This document shows, in pieces, positions 19,235-31,181 of a DNA stretch of 64,000 bases. Source of the DNA: Anaerolineae bacterium (GTDB taxonomy: Bacteria; Chloroflexota; Anaerolineae; DUEN01); contig JANXBS010000002.1 of the NCBI GenBank assembly GCA_025060615.1, forward strand, positions 65,244 to 129,243, written 5' to 3'. Every line of letters begins with the position of its first letter. The first letter of the stretch is position 1. The notes under the pieces are model-generated. The model worked only from the letters and a program-made list of their open reading frames with translations. It did not search any database and was not told the origin of the DNA. The translations under genes were made by a program, and so were the position numbers.

Positions 19235-20314
19235 TTACCTACCGACGCACCACCGCTCTAGACGCTTGAGCATTGTCTCAGCGGCCTCACGCGAGGGCAC
19301 TCCTTCTACCGATAGGAAAAGCCCGTGTGGATCGAGGGTCTCCATCACCAGATTCAGCTCGCTGATGTGACAGAACACCTCGATAGCTTTGCCGGCGGCC
19401 TGGGCTTTGCGGTAAACAGGAATCCACTTATGAAATCCCTCGTTGCCTGCCCCCGGTACGAACTGGAGAGCATCTAGCTCGGGAATGGAAAGGATCGACT
19501 CCAGATGGTGGAGCGCACCTGGCCCGTCTAGATGGTAGATCGAACGATCTAGGAATCGGCACTCTTCGACGATCCAAGGCAGGAATACCTCGTCGAACAA
19601 TTGTTTGCTGATCATGATGGAGAAGTCGTTCGAAGGGACGTAGTATTTGCCGTCGCAGACGAGAGGCAGCCAAGTAGAGATAGGTTGGCCGGCAGCGCGC
19701 AACTTCTCATAAAACAGGTCATAGAGCCGGAAATAGTCGGCCTCCACGCGAGCCAACAACGCTTTCACCTCTTCCTTATGGGTAAGCAAGTCCACAGCCA
19801 AGTTCTGTGGGTCTCGAAAGGCGGCAATGGCATCGCCTCCTGGATGCCAATCGGTCATCCCAACGATGAATTTACCCCGGCCGATCTCCAGCAGCGCATC
19901 TGTCATCTCATGCAGCTTCTTCAAGTAGGGGCTGTCCCAGTCGAGCCGGAGCTCATCTGCCTGGCTCCAGTCGTGGAGGATGGGCTCGCTCCAACTGGTG
20001 CCATAGTCGCCGAAGTGAAGCGGGCAGCCATAAAGGGCGGAAAAGACCTCTGGCCCCAGGTTAGGCCAGGCCACAGGCATGGTATCACCCAGAAACTCGT
20101 GATTGGAGAGGGTGGCCAACGCCAATTCGGCCTGATACTGGGCATCAAGCCAGCGGTCAGCAGACGTGGCATGGTGGGACGGAGGTAAGGGCACCTGTTC
20201 TTCTGGAGGCTTGGGCAGCGTAAATTGAACAACGGGACGATCTATCAGCTCACGCTCCCAGAAGGCGTCGATGCGGCGCTTAGATTGTTCGTAGTCGGGC
20301 TTGAATTCGAACAT
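19235..20314 (-). CDS. Uroporphyrinogen decarboxylase/MtaA-like TIM-barrel protein
   Basis: DAIAAFRDPQNLAVDL, NDFSIMIS, SIYHLDGPGA and LDALQFVPGAG; ATG at 20314. Confidence 0.7.
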   Translation of the reverse strand: MFEFKPDYEQSKRRIDAFWERELIDRPVVQFTLPKPPEEQVPLPPSHHATSADRWLDAQYQAELALATLSNHEFLGDTMPVAWPNLGPEVFSALYGCPLHFGDYGTSWSEPILHDWSQADELRLDWDSPYLKKLHEMTDALLEIGRGKFIVGMTDWHPGGDAIAAFRDPQNLAVDLLTHKEEVKALLARVEADYFRLYDLFYEKLRAAGQPISTWLPLVCDGKYYVPSNDFSIMISKQLFDEVFLPWIVEECRFLDRSIYHLDGPGALHHLESILSIPELDALQFVPGAGNEGFHKWIPVYRKAQAAGKAIEVFCHISELNLVMETLDPHGLFLSVEGVPSREAAETMLKRLERWCVGR

Positions 20315-20498
20315 AGGAAGTCCCCCCATATGGGATGCTTTGCATCGCCGGCCCCCCGGCGGTCTCCGGCATTTGCGCACTAGAGATTGTACCATGCAGC
20401 TCTATCCAGGGCGAGCCCGATGGGAAAATAGTCATTTATGCGTTATACTTATGATGGAGCCGTGCAACTATGTCGTCGGCTTGAGCGAGGAGGAGCGT

Positions 20499-21683
20499 AT
20501 GCGGATCGGTTTGCTCACGGATATCTACAAGCCCATGTTAAACGGCGTCACCAACTTCGTCAGCCTGCACAAGCGAGAGCTGGAACGTTTGGGCCATGAG
20601 GTATGGGTATTCACGCCAGGAAACACAGATTACCAAGACGATGAGCCGCGGGTTGTGCGCTCTAAAGCGATTCCCCTTTCCGACACAGGGTATTACATCA
20701 ACCTGGGCTATGACCGCAAGACCAGGCAGCTTCTCCAGGAAATGGACATCTTGCACGCTCAGCATCCGTTCCTAAGTGGCATCATCGCGATCGCGATCGG
20801 CCGACGCTACGGCATCCCTGTGGTGTTCACCAACCACACCCGCTATGATCTATATGCTCAGCATTACCTGCCGTTGATCCCTCCCTCCCTCTCTGAGACT
20901 TTCCTGGAGGCCTTCTTCCCGCCCTTCACACAGCGATGCGACCTGGTCATTGCCCCCTCCCGTGGCATTTATGAGCTGCTTTTGACCTGGGGTGCCGCTT
21001 GCCGTATCGAGATCGTTCCCAACGGCATTGATGTGGAAGCATTCCGCACCCCTCGCATCCGCATCACGCGCGCCGAGGTCGGCATCCCGGACGAAGCGCG
21101 CGTGGCCATCTACGTGGGACGTATGTCGGGCGAGAAGCGCATCGCAGCGCTCCTGCGGGCCTTCGCGCCGGTTGCTGAGGAAGTGCGCGATGCCCATTTG
21201 TTGTTGGTCGGAGGAGGGCCTGAGCTAGAGGATTACCGTGAGCTGGCAGATGAGCTGGGGATTCGCGCGCGCACGCACTTCACTGGCTGCGTTCCTTACG
21301 AGAAGATCCCGGGCTATCTGGCCCTAGCCGATTTCTTCGCGACCGCTTCAATGAGCGAGGTTCACCCGCTCACGGTCCTGGAGGCGATGGCCGCCGGCCT
21401 GCCCGTGCTAGGGATCCGCTCGCCCGGAATTGCTGATACCGTGGAGCATGAATACAACGGCCTGTTGTCATCGGAAGATCAGGCCGCCTTTGCCCTGAAG
21501 ATGGCCCGGCTGTTCCAGGATGATGCCCTGCGCCAACGGCTGGCCGAAGGAGCTCGTCTCACCAGCCAGCGCTATTCTATCGTGAACACCACACAGCGCC
21601 ATCTAGAGTTATACCAGGAGCTGATAGAGACTAAACGTTCCAAGCGCTTGGCGACTCGCTTGTCCAGGCAGCTACCTGTGTAG
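20499..21683 (+). CDS. Glycosyltransferase family 4 (diacylglycerol glucosyltransferase-like)
   Basis: MRIGLLTDIYKPMLNGV, HAQHPF, YVGRMSGEK and SEVHPLTVLEAMAAGLP; SD GAGGAG. Confidence 0.92.
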   Translation: MRIGLLTDIYKPMLNGVTNFVSLHKRELERLGHEVWVFTPGNTDYQDDEPRVVRSKAIPLSDTGYYINLGYDRKTRQLLQEMDILHAQHPFLSGIIAIAIGRRYGIPVVFTNHTRYDLYAQHYLPLIPPSLSETFLEAFFPPFTQRCDLVIAPSRGIYELLLTWGAACRIEIVPNGIDVEAFRTPRIRITRAEVGIPDEARVAIYVGRMSGEKRIAALLRAFAPVAEEVRDAHLLLVGGGPELEDYRELADELGIRARTHFTGCVPYEKIPGYLALADFFATASMSEVHPLTVLEAMAAGLPVLGIRSPGIADTVEHEYNGLLSSEDQAAFALKMARLFQDDALRQRLAEGARLTSQRYSIVNTTQRHLELYQELIETKRSKRLATRLSRQLPV

Positions 21684-21772
21684 CGATAGGTGGCACCTCT
21701 TAGCTGATGACCACCGAAAGCCGATCGCTTCTAGCCTCCGACTGACTGTTCACGAGGATGCTCACGAAGTGT

Positions 21773-21896
21773 GGCAAGGGGGCCCATCCTGGGCTTTTCG
21801 GGCACTCGCTCAGGGGATCTCGCAAAGACACTTCTGGGCGAGAGAGATCGACATAGAAGCCCCAAGCCCCCTCAGGGAGCTCATTGCCCTTTTGCC
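21773..21896 (+). other. Long imperfect hairpin (rod-like RNA/ssDNA structure) between convergent genes
   Basis: Nested pairings GGCAAGGGGGC/GCCCTTTTGCC, GGGGCTTTT/AGAAGCCCC and CTCGCTCAGGGG/CTTCTGGGCGAG with many G-U pairs on the plus strand. Confidence 0.55.
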
Positions 21897-21912
21897 GGCC
21901 ACGAAGAGCCTG

Positions 21913-23247
21913 TCAGAGCATGAGTAGCGCCTGGGCGCGAATGTTCTCCAGCCGTCTGGCCATGTCCTCTTGCCCCTGTGCACGCAGTCCCTCGGCCATC
22001 ACCCGCATGGACTCGACCAGATCCTGGTCCAGCTCGCTCCGGTTTTCCATGAGCAGTTGACGCGTGCGCTCGGGATATTCTTCCCGCAACAGACGGTTGA
22101 TCAGGCGTAAATCAGAAGGCAAATCTTCCTCCAGAATCTCCAACGCCATCTTCCAAATCTCCGTTAGACGGCGTGCGGCGGCCACCGCGCCCTGGCGCTG
22201 AGCCGCCTCGATATTAGCCATCAACACCGCTAGGAAGGGCTCCCCGATCTCCGCCTTGCGCGCTCGTAGGACCACTGCTGGGTTCTCGCTTTCCAGGACA
22301 GCCCTAAGCAGTTGGGTGGCCTCCTCCATAACGGCCCGCGTGGCCTCATCTTGTTGGCGCTGCAGCTCTAGCACGCGATCACGCAGCGCGCGCAGCCGTT
22401 GCGCCTCAGCGTGGTCCTTATGTTTTTCGGACTGCTCAATCCGCTGTGAGAGCAACAGGAAGAAGGGATAATCCATCAGCGGCCTCGCCACAGCTACCAA
22501 TGCTTCGATGGCAGCATCCTCCTTGGCTTTGATCAAGCGCTCCAGGATCTCCTCACGAGTGGTGTGTTTATTCAGGCCAGCCAGGATCTCCTGTTGCGCC
22601 CGGATCTTACGGCCTAGGCTGCTCATCCCCATCAACGTCTGAATAAATGCCGTGAGCTGCTGCGCAGCACGCTCATCGCCCTCGGCAGCCATGCTCTCAG
22701 TTAGCGTAGCGGCCAGCTCGAAAAATTCCTCGTCAAGCTTCTCATCATGCTCGGCGACGAGTGCGCGCAGACGTTCGGGGTTGGCCGCTGCTTGCATGAG
22801 CTGCTGGAGCAGGTTCAGTCGCTGGCGCTGGGCTTCCATCATCTCACGGGTGATCCCATCGGCCTGCAGAATGGCCTCCATCATGCTCTGCAATGTCAGG
22901 AACTGCCGCGGCTGGAGTAGATAAGCCTTGCGCTGTTCAGGGGGCAGACGGGTCATCAGGAGGTTGGTCAGATCGCCGATGCGCTTTTGTCGCTCCGGCT
23001 CTGACAGGTTCGCCTGGGCGGGCACGAAGACGCCCACAAATTCCTTGGCCGGGTCGTGGTAGAGCAAAGGCGTGGCCAGCGAGATGGACATCCCACACGA
23101 GGGGCAGGCGGCGGAGTTCAGCCGGCCGGTCAGAAACAATTGCTTCAACGCTGGCTCCTGGCCCACATCAATGATGTTATGGACCTCCGTCACAAAGGAG
23201 GCGCCGCAACCGGGGCAACGAACCTGGATCCTCTGTTTCGCAAACAT
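21913..23247 (-). CDS. CpXC domain-containing protein
   Basis: N-terminal CPGC...CPSC...PLLYHDP followed by a long helical region. Confidence 0.85.
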   Translation of the reverse strand: MFAKQRIQVRCPGCGASFVTEVHNIIDVGQEPALKQLFLTGRLNSAACPSCGMSISLATPLLYHDPAKEFVGVFVPAQANLSEPERQKRIGDLTNLLMTRLPPEQRKAYLLQPRQFLTLQSMMEAILQADGITREMMEAQRQRLNLLQQLMQAAANPERLRALVAEHDEKLDEEFFELAATLTESMAAEGDERAAQQLTAFIQTLMGMSSLGRKIRAQQEILAGLNKHTTREEILERLIKAKEDAAIEALVAVARPLMDYPFFLLLSQRIEQSEKHKDHAEAQRLRALRDRVLELQRQQDEATRAVMEEATQLLRAVLESENPAVVLRARKAEIGEPFLAVLMANIEAAQRQGAVAAARRLTEIWKMALEILEEDLPSDLRLINRLLREEYPERTRQLLMENRSELDQDLVESMRVMAEGLRAQGQEDMARRLENIRAQALLML

Positions 23248-23263
23248 GCCCTATCCTTTCTCT

Positions 23264-24505
23264 TTACGATTCTGGTAGATCGAGCGCTTCCACCAGCTCG
23301 CGCAGGAACAGCTCAGCGTCGGTAACCATGCCTACTGCTTGAAACGTTCCTCGATCGGCCAGCTTAGTGACCGTAGCCGGGTTGATATCCACCACGACCA
23401 CCTTGACGTGGGCGGGCAACAGGTTGCCGGTGGCGATGGAGTGCAACATGGTAGCAACCATGATCGCCATCTCCACCCCTTCCAGCGCTTCCCGCATCCG
23501 CCGTTGCGCTTCCATCATGTCCGAGATCACCCCGGGCATGGGGCCATCGTCCCGGATGGAGCCGGCCAGCACCATCTGGACCTTATGTCGGATCGCCTCA
23601 TACATCACGCCAGAGCGCAACAGCCCGATCTCTACCGCCTTTTCCAGCGATCCCACGCGCCGGATGGCGTTGATGGCACGCATATGGTTGCGATGCCCAC
23701 CGGGCACCGGCAGCCCGCTTTTCAGGTCTATGCCCAGCGAGGTGCCATATAGCTGGGACTCTACGTCGTGCACGGCAATGGCGTTCCCACCGAAGAGCAC
23801 CTGCACGTACCCGTGGCGGATGAGGCGGGCCAGGTATTCGCCAGCGCCGCTGTGGATGATGGCCGGGCCGACCACAAAGAGGATCTTGCCGCCGGCCATC
23901 CGTATCTCGCGCATCACCTTGGCCACATTAGCGATGGCCAGGGCGTTCGGCCGCTCGGACGAGACAGCCGAGCGCATGAAACTGAACAACTCCTGTTCGC
24001 GCTCGCGCTCCATTGGGATTACGCGGATGCCTTCATGCCCGACGGCGATGAGTTCGCCAGCCTTAATGTCGGCGATGGGTTTGGTGTAAGCCTCACCTCG
24101 CTCGCGGTCTACCACGATCACCAAGTCCATCTCGATGCCCCGCACATCCACCCAGCGCCCGTTCAGCCGTACCTGCGTCGGCAGGTTAGTGGTGGAATAG
24201 AAATCCTCGGGGGCGGCGCCGTCTACAGGGGCCGGCTCGGTTCGAACATCTCCGCCATCCAGAATCTGCGCGCCCAGTCCCTGCAGCGTGTCCAGGATCT
24301 GGCGCATCTGCTGCTCGCTGTCCGCGAAGACGCGCAGCCGAGCGTGGCTGGGCTCCTGCTTGTGTCGGCCGACGCGGATCTCCTCTACATTGAAGTCGCC
24401 GCCTAAGTCCATGATGGCATCCATCACGCGTGGCAGGATCAGTGAATCAATGATATGACCGTTCAGGACGATCGTTTCCGAAAACGGATGATGATTGGGT
24501 GTCAT
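23264..24505 (-). CDS. TIGR00300-family protein (ArgZ/AgrE C-terminal-like; probable ornithine cyclodeaminase)
   Basis: GHIIDS, FYSTTN, FSFMRSAVSSERP, GGNAIAVHDVE, LAGSIRDDGP, MLHSIATGN and KLADRG motifs. Confidence 0.88.
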   Translation of the reverse strand: MTPNHHPFSETIVLNGHIIDSLILPRVMDAIMDLGGDFNVEEIRVGRHKQEPSHARLRVFADSEQQMRQILDTLQGLGAQILDGGDVRTEPAPVDGAAPEDFYSTTNLPTQVRLNGRWVDVRGIEMDLVIVVDRERGEAYTKPIADIKAGELIAVGHEGIRVIPMEREREQELFSFMRSAVSSERPNALAIANVAKVMREIRMAGGKILFVVGPAIIHSGAGEYLARLIRHGYVQVLFGGNAIAVHDVESQLYGTSLGIDLKSGLPVPGGHRNHMRAINAIRRVGSLEKAVEIGLLRSGVMYEAIRHKVQMVLAGSIRDDGPMPGVISDMMEAQRRMREALEGVEMAIMVATMLHSIATGNLLPAHVKVVVVDINPATVTKLADRGTFQAVGMVTDAELFLRELVEALDLPES

Positions 24506-24510
24506 AGCTG

Positions 24511-25080
24511 CTACGATGCCCCTTTCACTACCTCATCTACAGCGATCTCAAAGCCTGGCAGGAGCTGAGACCTTGCCTGCTCCCCTGGCTGAAAACGGCC
24601 TATCAACCGATAAGCCCCCTGTTCCAGAGCATAGACCTCGATCGTCTGGGCTTCAGGATCTACGATCCAATACTCAGTAACGCTAAACTGCTCATACAAA
24701 GCCTTTTTGTCAATGCGATCCTGTCTCCAACTCCCAGCCGACACCACCTCGATAATCAGATCAGGAACGCCTCGGATCTGATCCTGGATGATGGCGCGCT
24801 TGGCCTGAGACACATAAAGGATGTCTGGTTGAACGACCCGTCGCTCGGTCAAGACAACATCGAGCGGGGCAAAGTACACCCATCCCAAGTGGCGCCGCGA
24901 TACGAAGTCGCCTAGGGCACGGGCCAGGCGGGCGACGATTTCCTGGTGGAGAGGGGTCGGGGAAGGCGGCATCACCAGCTCTCCATCCCATAGCTCGGTC
25001 AGGCGATTTGTCTCAGGCAGTTCAGCGGCTAACTCCTCGTAGGTCCACAGCCGTTTTTTCTCAGCCGTTGGAACGCTCAT
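24511..25080 (-). CDS. Uma2-family (PD-(D/E)XK) endonuclease-like protein
   Basis: ELWDGEL.M.PSP...HQ, VQPDI, PDLIIEVVS, DRIDKKALY and EYWIVDP motifs. Confidence 0.92.
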   Translation of the reverse strand: MSVPTAEKKRLWTYEELAAELPETNRLTELWDGELVMPPSPTPLHQEIVARLARALGDFVSRRHLGWVYFAPLDVVLTERRVVQPDILYVSQAKRAIIQDQIRGVPDLIIEVVSAGSWRQDRIDKKALYEQFSVTEYWIVDPEAQTIEVYALEQGAYRLIGRFQPGEQARSQLLPGFEIAVDEVVKGAS

Positions 25081-25107
25081 CGAGGTTCCCTCCCCACCAA
25101 ACATGGC

Positions 25108-27147
<2,040 letters not shown>

Positions 27148-27182
27148 TCAACCCTCGTGTTGGCTACCCTACTAGGATGTCG

Positions 27183-27845
27183 TTATTGGGGCGATCGAGT
27201 CGGTGTGGGGTTGGCGGAAAGTGGCTCCAGCCACAACTGGACCTCGTCCCCTTGGGCCACCCAGCCGACCAAATCCGTCTCGGTGCGCACACGCCACCAC
27301 CGGTATCCGTCCGCGCTTACCGGATACTCGTTGACGTCCCCAGGCTTGGGCAGGATCTCCAGCACCGTACCATCCCTGACCACGGTCCGGATGGGATTGC
27401 CCCGACCCGGCCCGCTCCGGACGACGAGCCCTTCTGGGTTGCTGTTGACGACCATCGCTTTGACACCCGGGCCCAGGGTTGGCTTAGGTACGGGGGTGGG
27501 TGTAGGAGTAGGAGGGATCGGGGTAGGCGTGACGGCCATAGCTGTGGCGGTGGCGGCTTGAGCTAGCGCCGTCGCATCGGGAGTGGGGGTCCCTGGCGGC
27601 TCACCTTCGCCGAGGGCTGAGAACAATAGAGCGATAATGGCGACGACAGTCAAAGCGGCCACGCCCACTGCCCATAGCGGGATCTCTCGCCCCAGGCGGC
27701 GTTCGGCTGGCCGGCCGTAAACCGGGCGCGGCTCTGATGTGGCTTCTAGCTCGGTTTCCGGGCCCAAGTCCCTGCCCTCTGGGGTCTCCTCTTGTGGCTC
27801 CTCTTCCTCAGATTCCGACGAAGGAGAGCGGAGTTTGTCAGTCAT
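27183..27845 (-). CDS. Membrane-anchored Pro/Thr-rich protein with C-terminal bacterial SH3-like domain
   Basis: Acidic N-terminus, one TM helix, PTPT linker and LVVRSGPG...DGYRWWRV...GWVA; SD AGGAGG; ATGA overlap with polX. Confidence 0.8.
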   Translation of the reverse strand: MTDKLRSPSSESEEEEPQEETPEGRDLGPETELEATSEPRPVYGRPAERRLGREIPLWAVGVAALTVVAIIALLFSALGEGEPPGTPTPDATALAQAATATAMAVTPTPIPPTPTPTPVPKPTLGPGVKAMVVNSNPEGLVVRSGPGRGNPIRTVVRDGTVLEILPKPGDVNEYPVSADGYRWWRVRTETDLVGWVAQGDEVQLWLEPLSANPTPTRSPQ

Positions 27846-29605
27846 CGCAGTTTCCTCCTGTTTCGCAGCCACCTCTCCAGCTCGTCCAGCGGGAGCGTAT
27901 TGAGCACGCGATCCGGCGTCGCCCAGCCGCGCCGGGCAGTGGCGACGCCGTAGACGATGAAGTCGAAATCGGCCGGGCTGTGCGCATCGCAGTTGATGAC
28001 GATGGGCACGCCCAGTTCCATCGCCCGGTGGACATGTACATCGTCTAGGTCGAGCCGGGCGGGATGAGCGTTAACCTCGATGGCGATCCCAGTTTCGGCT
28101 GCGGCCTGCAATACCACCTCTAAGTCTACTGCGCTCTCCTCGCGGCGGCCAAGCAGCCGGCCGGACGGATGTCCCAACACATCCACATGGGGATTTCGCA
28201 CTGCGGCCAAGGCTCGCGCCGTGATCTGGTCGCGATCTTGCCGCAGTCCTGTGTGCAGGGAAGCCACTACGCAGTCCAACGTGGCCAGCACTTCGTCCGG
28301 ATAATCCAGCGTGCCATCCGCGCGCACCTCCACCTCGGCGCCCTGGAGCAGGCGGAAATCCGACCATCGCCGGTTTAATCGGTCGATCTCGGCCCGCTGT
28401 TCGCGCAGCCGTTCTGCGCTCAAACCGCCGGTGACGCCCAGGCTTCCGCTGTGATCGGTGATGACGAGATAGCGATATCCGCGCGCGCGCGCAGCCTCGG
28501 CCATCTCTTCGATGGTCACTGTACCGTCGCTCCAGGTGGAATGGGAGTGTAGCTCACCCTGCAACTGGCTCAGCTCGATCAGGTTGGGCAACCTTCCCTC
28601 AGCCGCCGCCTCGATCTCCCCACGGTTCTCCCGCAGCTCCGGGGGAATCCAGGGCAGCCCTAGCAGTTCATATACCTCTTCTTCGCTCTCGCAGAATAGC
28701 TCGCGGCCGTCGGCGCGTTTGAGCGAGTACTCACTCAGGCTGAACCCGCGTTTTAATGCCCGCTCGCGCAAGGCGATGTTGTGCGCCTGGGAGCCGGTGA
28801 AGTACTGCAAGGCGGTGCCCCAGTGCTTGGGCGAGACGACGCGCAGGTCCGCTTGGATGCCATCGCGCGTGCGGATGGAGGTCTTGGTGTTGCCGCGCAA
28901 CAGCACCTCGGCCACTTCGGGTAGGTGAACGAAGGCCTCCATCACCGGCTCGGGATCCTCCACGGCAACCAGTAGGTCTAGGTCCCCGATCGTCTCTCGC
29001 CAGCGGCGGAGCGAGCCGGCCACACTCACCCGGGTCAATCCCGGCACGGCAGCCTGAAGCCCGGCCAGCAGCGCCATTGCCAGTGGACGCGCCTGGCCGA
29101 TGGGGACGCGCTGGCTGCGCCGTGCTAGCGCCTGGATGCCTGCCAGGATCTTCTGTTCGCTTTTGGCGCCCATGCCCGGCAGTTGGCGAAGCCTGCCGGC
29201 CTCGGCCGCAGCTTGGAGCTGCTGGATCGAGGTAATGCCCAGTTTTTCCCAGACCAGGCGCGCCGTCTTAGGGCCCACCTCTGGGATTTGGAGCATGTCC
29301 ACCACGCCGGATGGCACCTGCTGCTCTAGCTTTTCCAGATAGGTCATGCGGCCGGTGCGCAGCAACTCATCCAGCTTCTCGGTGAGGGCTTCACCGATCC
29401 CCGGGATCTCGCGCAAGCGGCCTTCGCGCCAGTAATCGGCCAGGTCGCGCGGCAACGCCTCGATGTTGTCCGCGGCGCGCCGATAGGCGAGCACCTTGAA
29501 GCGGTTCTCCCCTTGGATATCCAGGATATCACCAATGCGACGCAAGATCGCCGCGATCTGCCGGTTGCTGGGCGCTTGATCCATCGCTCGCCATCTGCTT
29601 TCCAT
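27842..29605 (-). CDS. polX: DNA polymerase X / PHP 3'-5' exonuclease
   Basis: AGSLRR...GDLDLL and QADLRVV (three catalytic Asp intact), YFTGS; PHP motifs HSHSTWSDG, TDHS, GHP and CDAH. Confidence 0.96.
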   Translation of the reverse strand: MESRWRAMDQAPSNRQIAAILRRIGDILDIQGENRFKVLAYRRAADNIEALPRDLADYWREGRLREIPGIGEALTEKLDELLRTGRMTYLEKLEQQVPSGVVDMLQIPEVGPKTARLVWEKLGITSIQQLQAAAEAGRLRQLPGMGAKSEQKILAGIQALARRSQRVPIGQARPLAMALLAGLQAAVPGLTRVSVAGSLRRWRETIGDLDLLVAVEDPEPVMEAFVHLPEVAEVLLRGNTKTSIRTRDGIQADLRVVSPKHWGTALQYFTGSQAHNIALRERALKRGFSLSEYSLKRADGRELFCESEEEVYELLGLPWIPPELRENRGEIEAAAEGRLPNLIELSQLQGELHSHSTWSDGTVTIEEMAEAARARGYRYLVITDHSGSLGVTGGLSAERLREQRAEIDRLNRRWSDFRLLQGAEVEVRADGTLDYPDEVLATLDCVVASLHTGLRQDRDQITARALAAVRNPHVDVLGHPSGRLLGRREESAVDLEVVLQAAAETGIAIEVNAHPARLDLDDVHVHRAMELGVPIVINCDAHSPADFDFIVYGVATARRGWATPDRVLNTLPLDELERWLRNRRKLR

Positions 29606-30172
29606 TCAATGTTCGGGCCATCGGCCGCGCAGCGGCCAGACCCCCAATTCCACCCACACGCCGGGTGCTTGTTGCACGCTCACCCAGAGCCGATCTACTA
29701 GGAAACGGATATCAGGCACGCGCGGAGCTAACCGTTGGACCACGTGCTCGATATCCGGCCATTCTCCTTCAACGGCCGTGATGTGCGGTTGCCACGTCGC
29801 CAGATCGAAAGGCTGGGTCGGCACGCCCAGTTCCTCTACCTCCGCGGCAATAGCCTGGTAGATATGCTGAAGAGCGGCCGTCTTCTCGACGGGGATGACC
29901 AACCGTTGCCTGGGAGCCCGCAGCGCAAAGGCAACCAATCCACCAGCGCGGACATCAATCGGAGAAAGGCCGCGGACGATGAGCTCAATCCGCTCCTGAA
30001 CGATCTGCGCTAGATGCAACCCATAGATGGTCTGGATGGTCAGATGCGGCTCAAGAAGAGGTGTGCCGCCGCTCTCCGTTGCCAATTGCATGAACAAGTC
30101 GCGGAGGACGGAGAGGGTGGGCTCTGGTGGCTTGCCGATGACGTAGAGCCTACCGTCAACGCTTTCGATCAC
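29606..30172 (-). CDS. 2H phosphoesterase (2'-5' RNA ligase/LigT-like family)
   Basis: Two H-x-T motifs (PHLTI, PHITA); GTG start; stop codon abuts the polX start. Confidence 0.8.
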   Translation of the reverse strand: MIESVDGRLYVIGKPPEPTLSVLRDLFMQLATESGGTPLLEPHLTIQTIYGLHLAQIVQERIELIVRGLSPIDVRAGGLVAFALRAPRQRLVIPVEKTAALQHIYQAIAAEVEELGVPTQPFDLATWQPHITAVEGEWPDIEHVVQRLAPRVPDIRFLVDRLWVSVQQAPGVWVELGVWPLRGRWPEH

Positions 30173-30220
30173 GTGGTCGCTCCGACGAAACCCAAGCCAA
30201 CAGAAAAAGCGTGCAGCGGC

Positions 30221-30249
30221 ATTATACTCGTTTTTCTGGCCGTTGACAA
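30221..30249 (-). promoter_or_regulatory. Sigma70-type promoter of the 2H-polX-ligA operon
   Basis: TTGTCA-17 bp-TATAAT on the minus strand. Confidence 0.7.
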
Positions 30250-30259
30250 AGGTTTTTCG

Positions 30260-31012
30260 CTATTTCCCCATCGCTTTCAAGGCTTTTATACAGCGATCTA
30301 CGCACTCCAAGGGCGAGTAAGCGTAGCTCTCCTGTTCGACGATGTACCACTGGGTTCCCCCGACGGTCTCGCACAGCCGAAAGACATCATTCCAGCGGAC
30401 ATCGCCCTCGCCGATTAGCGCCTTGTCATTGGTGCGGGAGAACTCCTTGATGTGCACGGTAAGCGCTCGCCCCGGATAGCGCTCAAGGAAGGGGACCGGG
30501 TCGGCCCCACCATACATCGCGTTGCCGGTGTCGAGCTGCATGATTACATCTTGACGAGTATTGCTGAAGAAGGTATCCCAGGGTAGCTCGCCGTCCATGG
30601 GCACGAACTCGATATGGTGGTTGTGATAGCCGACGAGCATCCCTTCAGGGGCCACCCTCTCGGCGATTTCGTTGAAGAGACGAGCCGTTTGCAGCCAGGC
30701 TGCGCGCGAGTTGCGCCGCTCTTCCGGCAAGCCAGGGACGATAAGAAAGCGATTGCCCAGCGTGCGGTTGAACTCGATGGTCTTTGGTAGGTTATCTCCC
30801 AACAGGGTGTCCAAGCTGATATGCGTGCCGGCGACCTTCAGGCCAAGGTCATCCAGCATCTTGCGTAGCTCGGCCGCCGAATAACCGTAATAGCCGGCGA
30901 ACTCGACCCCTTCATAGCCCATTTTGGCGATGGCCGCCAGGGTGCCAGGTAGGTCCCTGGCGCACTCCTCGCGCACGGAATACAACTGCAATGCAATTGG
31001 GATTCGAGTCAT
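30260..31012 (-). CDS. Sugar phosphate isomerase/epimerase (AP endonuclease 2 TIM barrel)
   Basis: LQLYSVRE, GYEGVEFAG, YHNH, QLDTG, HIKE and IVEQE motifs; SD AAGGAGG. Confidence 0.92.
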   Translation of the reverse strand: MTRIPIALQLYSVREECARDLPGTLAAIAKMGYEGVEFAGYYGYSAAELRKMLDDLGLKVAGTHISLDTLLGDNLPKTIEFNRTLGNRFLIVPGLPEERRNSRAAWLQTARLFNEIAERVAPEGMLVGYHNHHIEFVPMDGELPWDTFFSNTRQDVIMQLDTGNAMYGGADPVPFLERYPGRALTVHIKEFSRTNDKALIGEGDVRWNDVFRLCETVGGTQWYIVEQESYAYSPLECVDRCIKALKAMGK

Positions 31013-31052
31013 CTTTTCCTCCTTAGGCGCTTGCGCGCAGATGTTAGCTCGG

Positions 31053-31175
31053 ATTATACGGCCCATTGCGAGCTCTAGTCAACGCTGGAAAGCGTGGAAG
31101 TTGCGCTCAAGATCAGAAGAAGCCGACAACACAGCTTCGTTTGCGATTGTCCCAAGCCGAGATCGAAAGTATAAT
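31053..31175. promoter_or_regulatory. Divergent promoters for the isomerase and femAB genes
   Basis: Minus: TTGACT (31077-31082)-18 bp-TATAAT (31053-31058). Plus: TTGTCC (31147-31152)-17 bp-TATAAT (31170-31175). Confidence 0.65.
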
Positions 31176-31181
31176 CTCGTC

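Noticed and set aside
24511..25080. Uma2 and Schlafen-like genes as an anti-phage defence island
   Set aside because: They are 20 kb apart and each is embedded in a housekeeping operon. No methylase, toxin-antitoxin or mobile genes accompany them.
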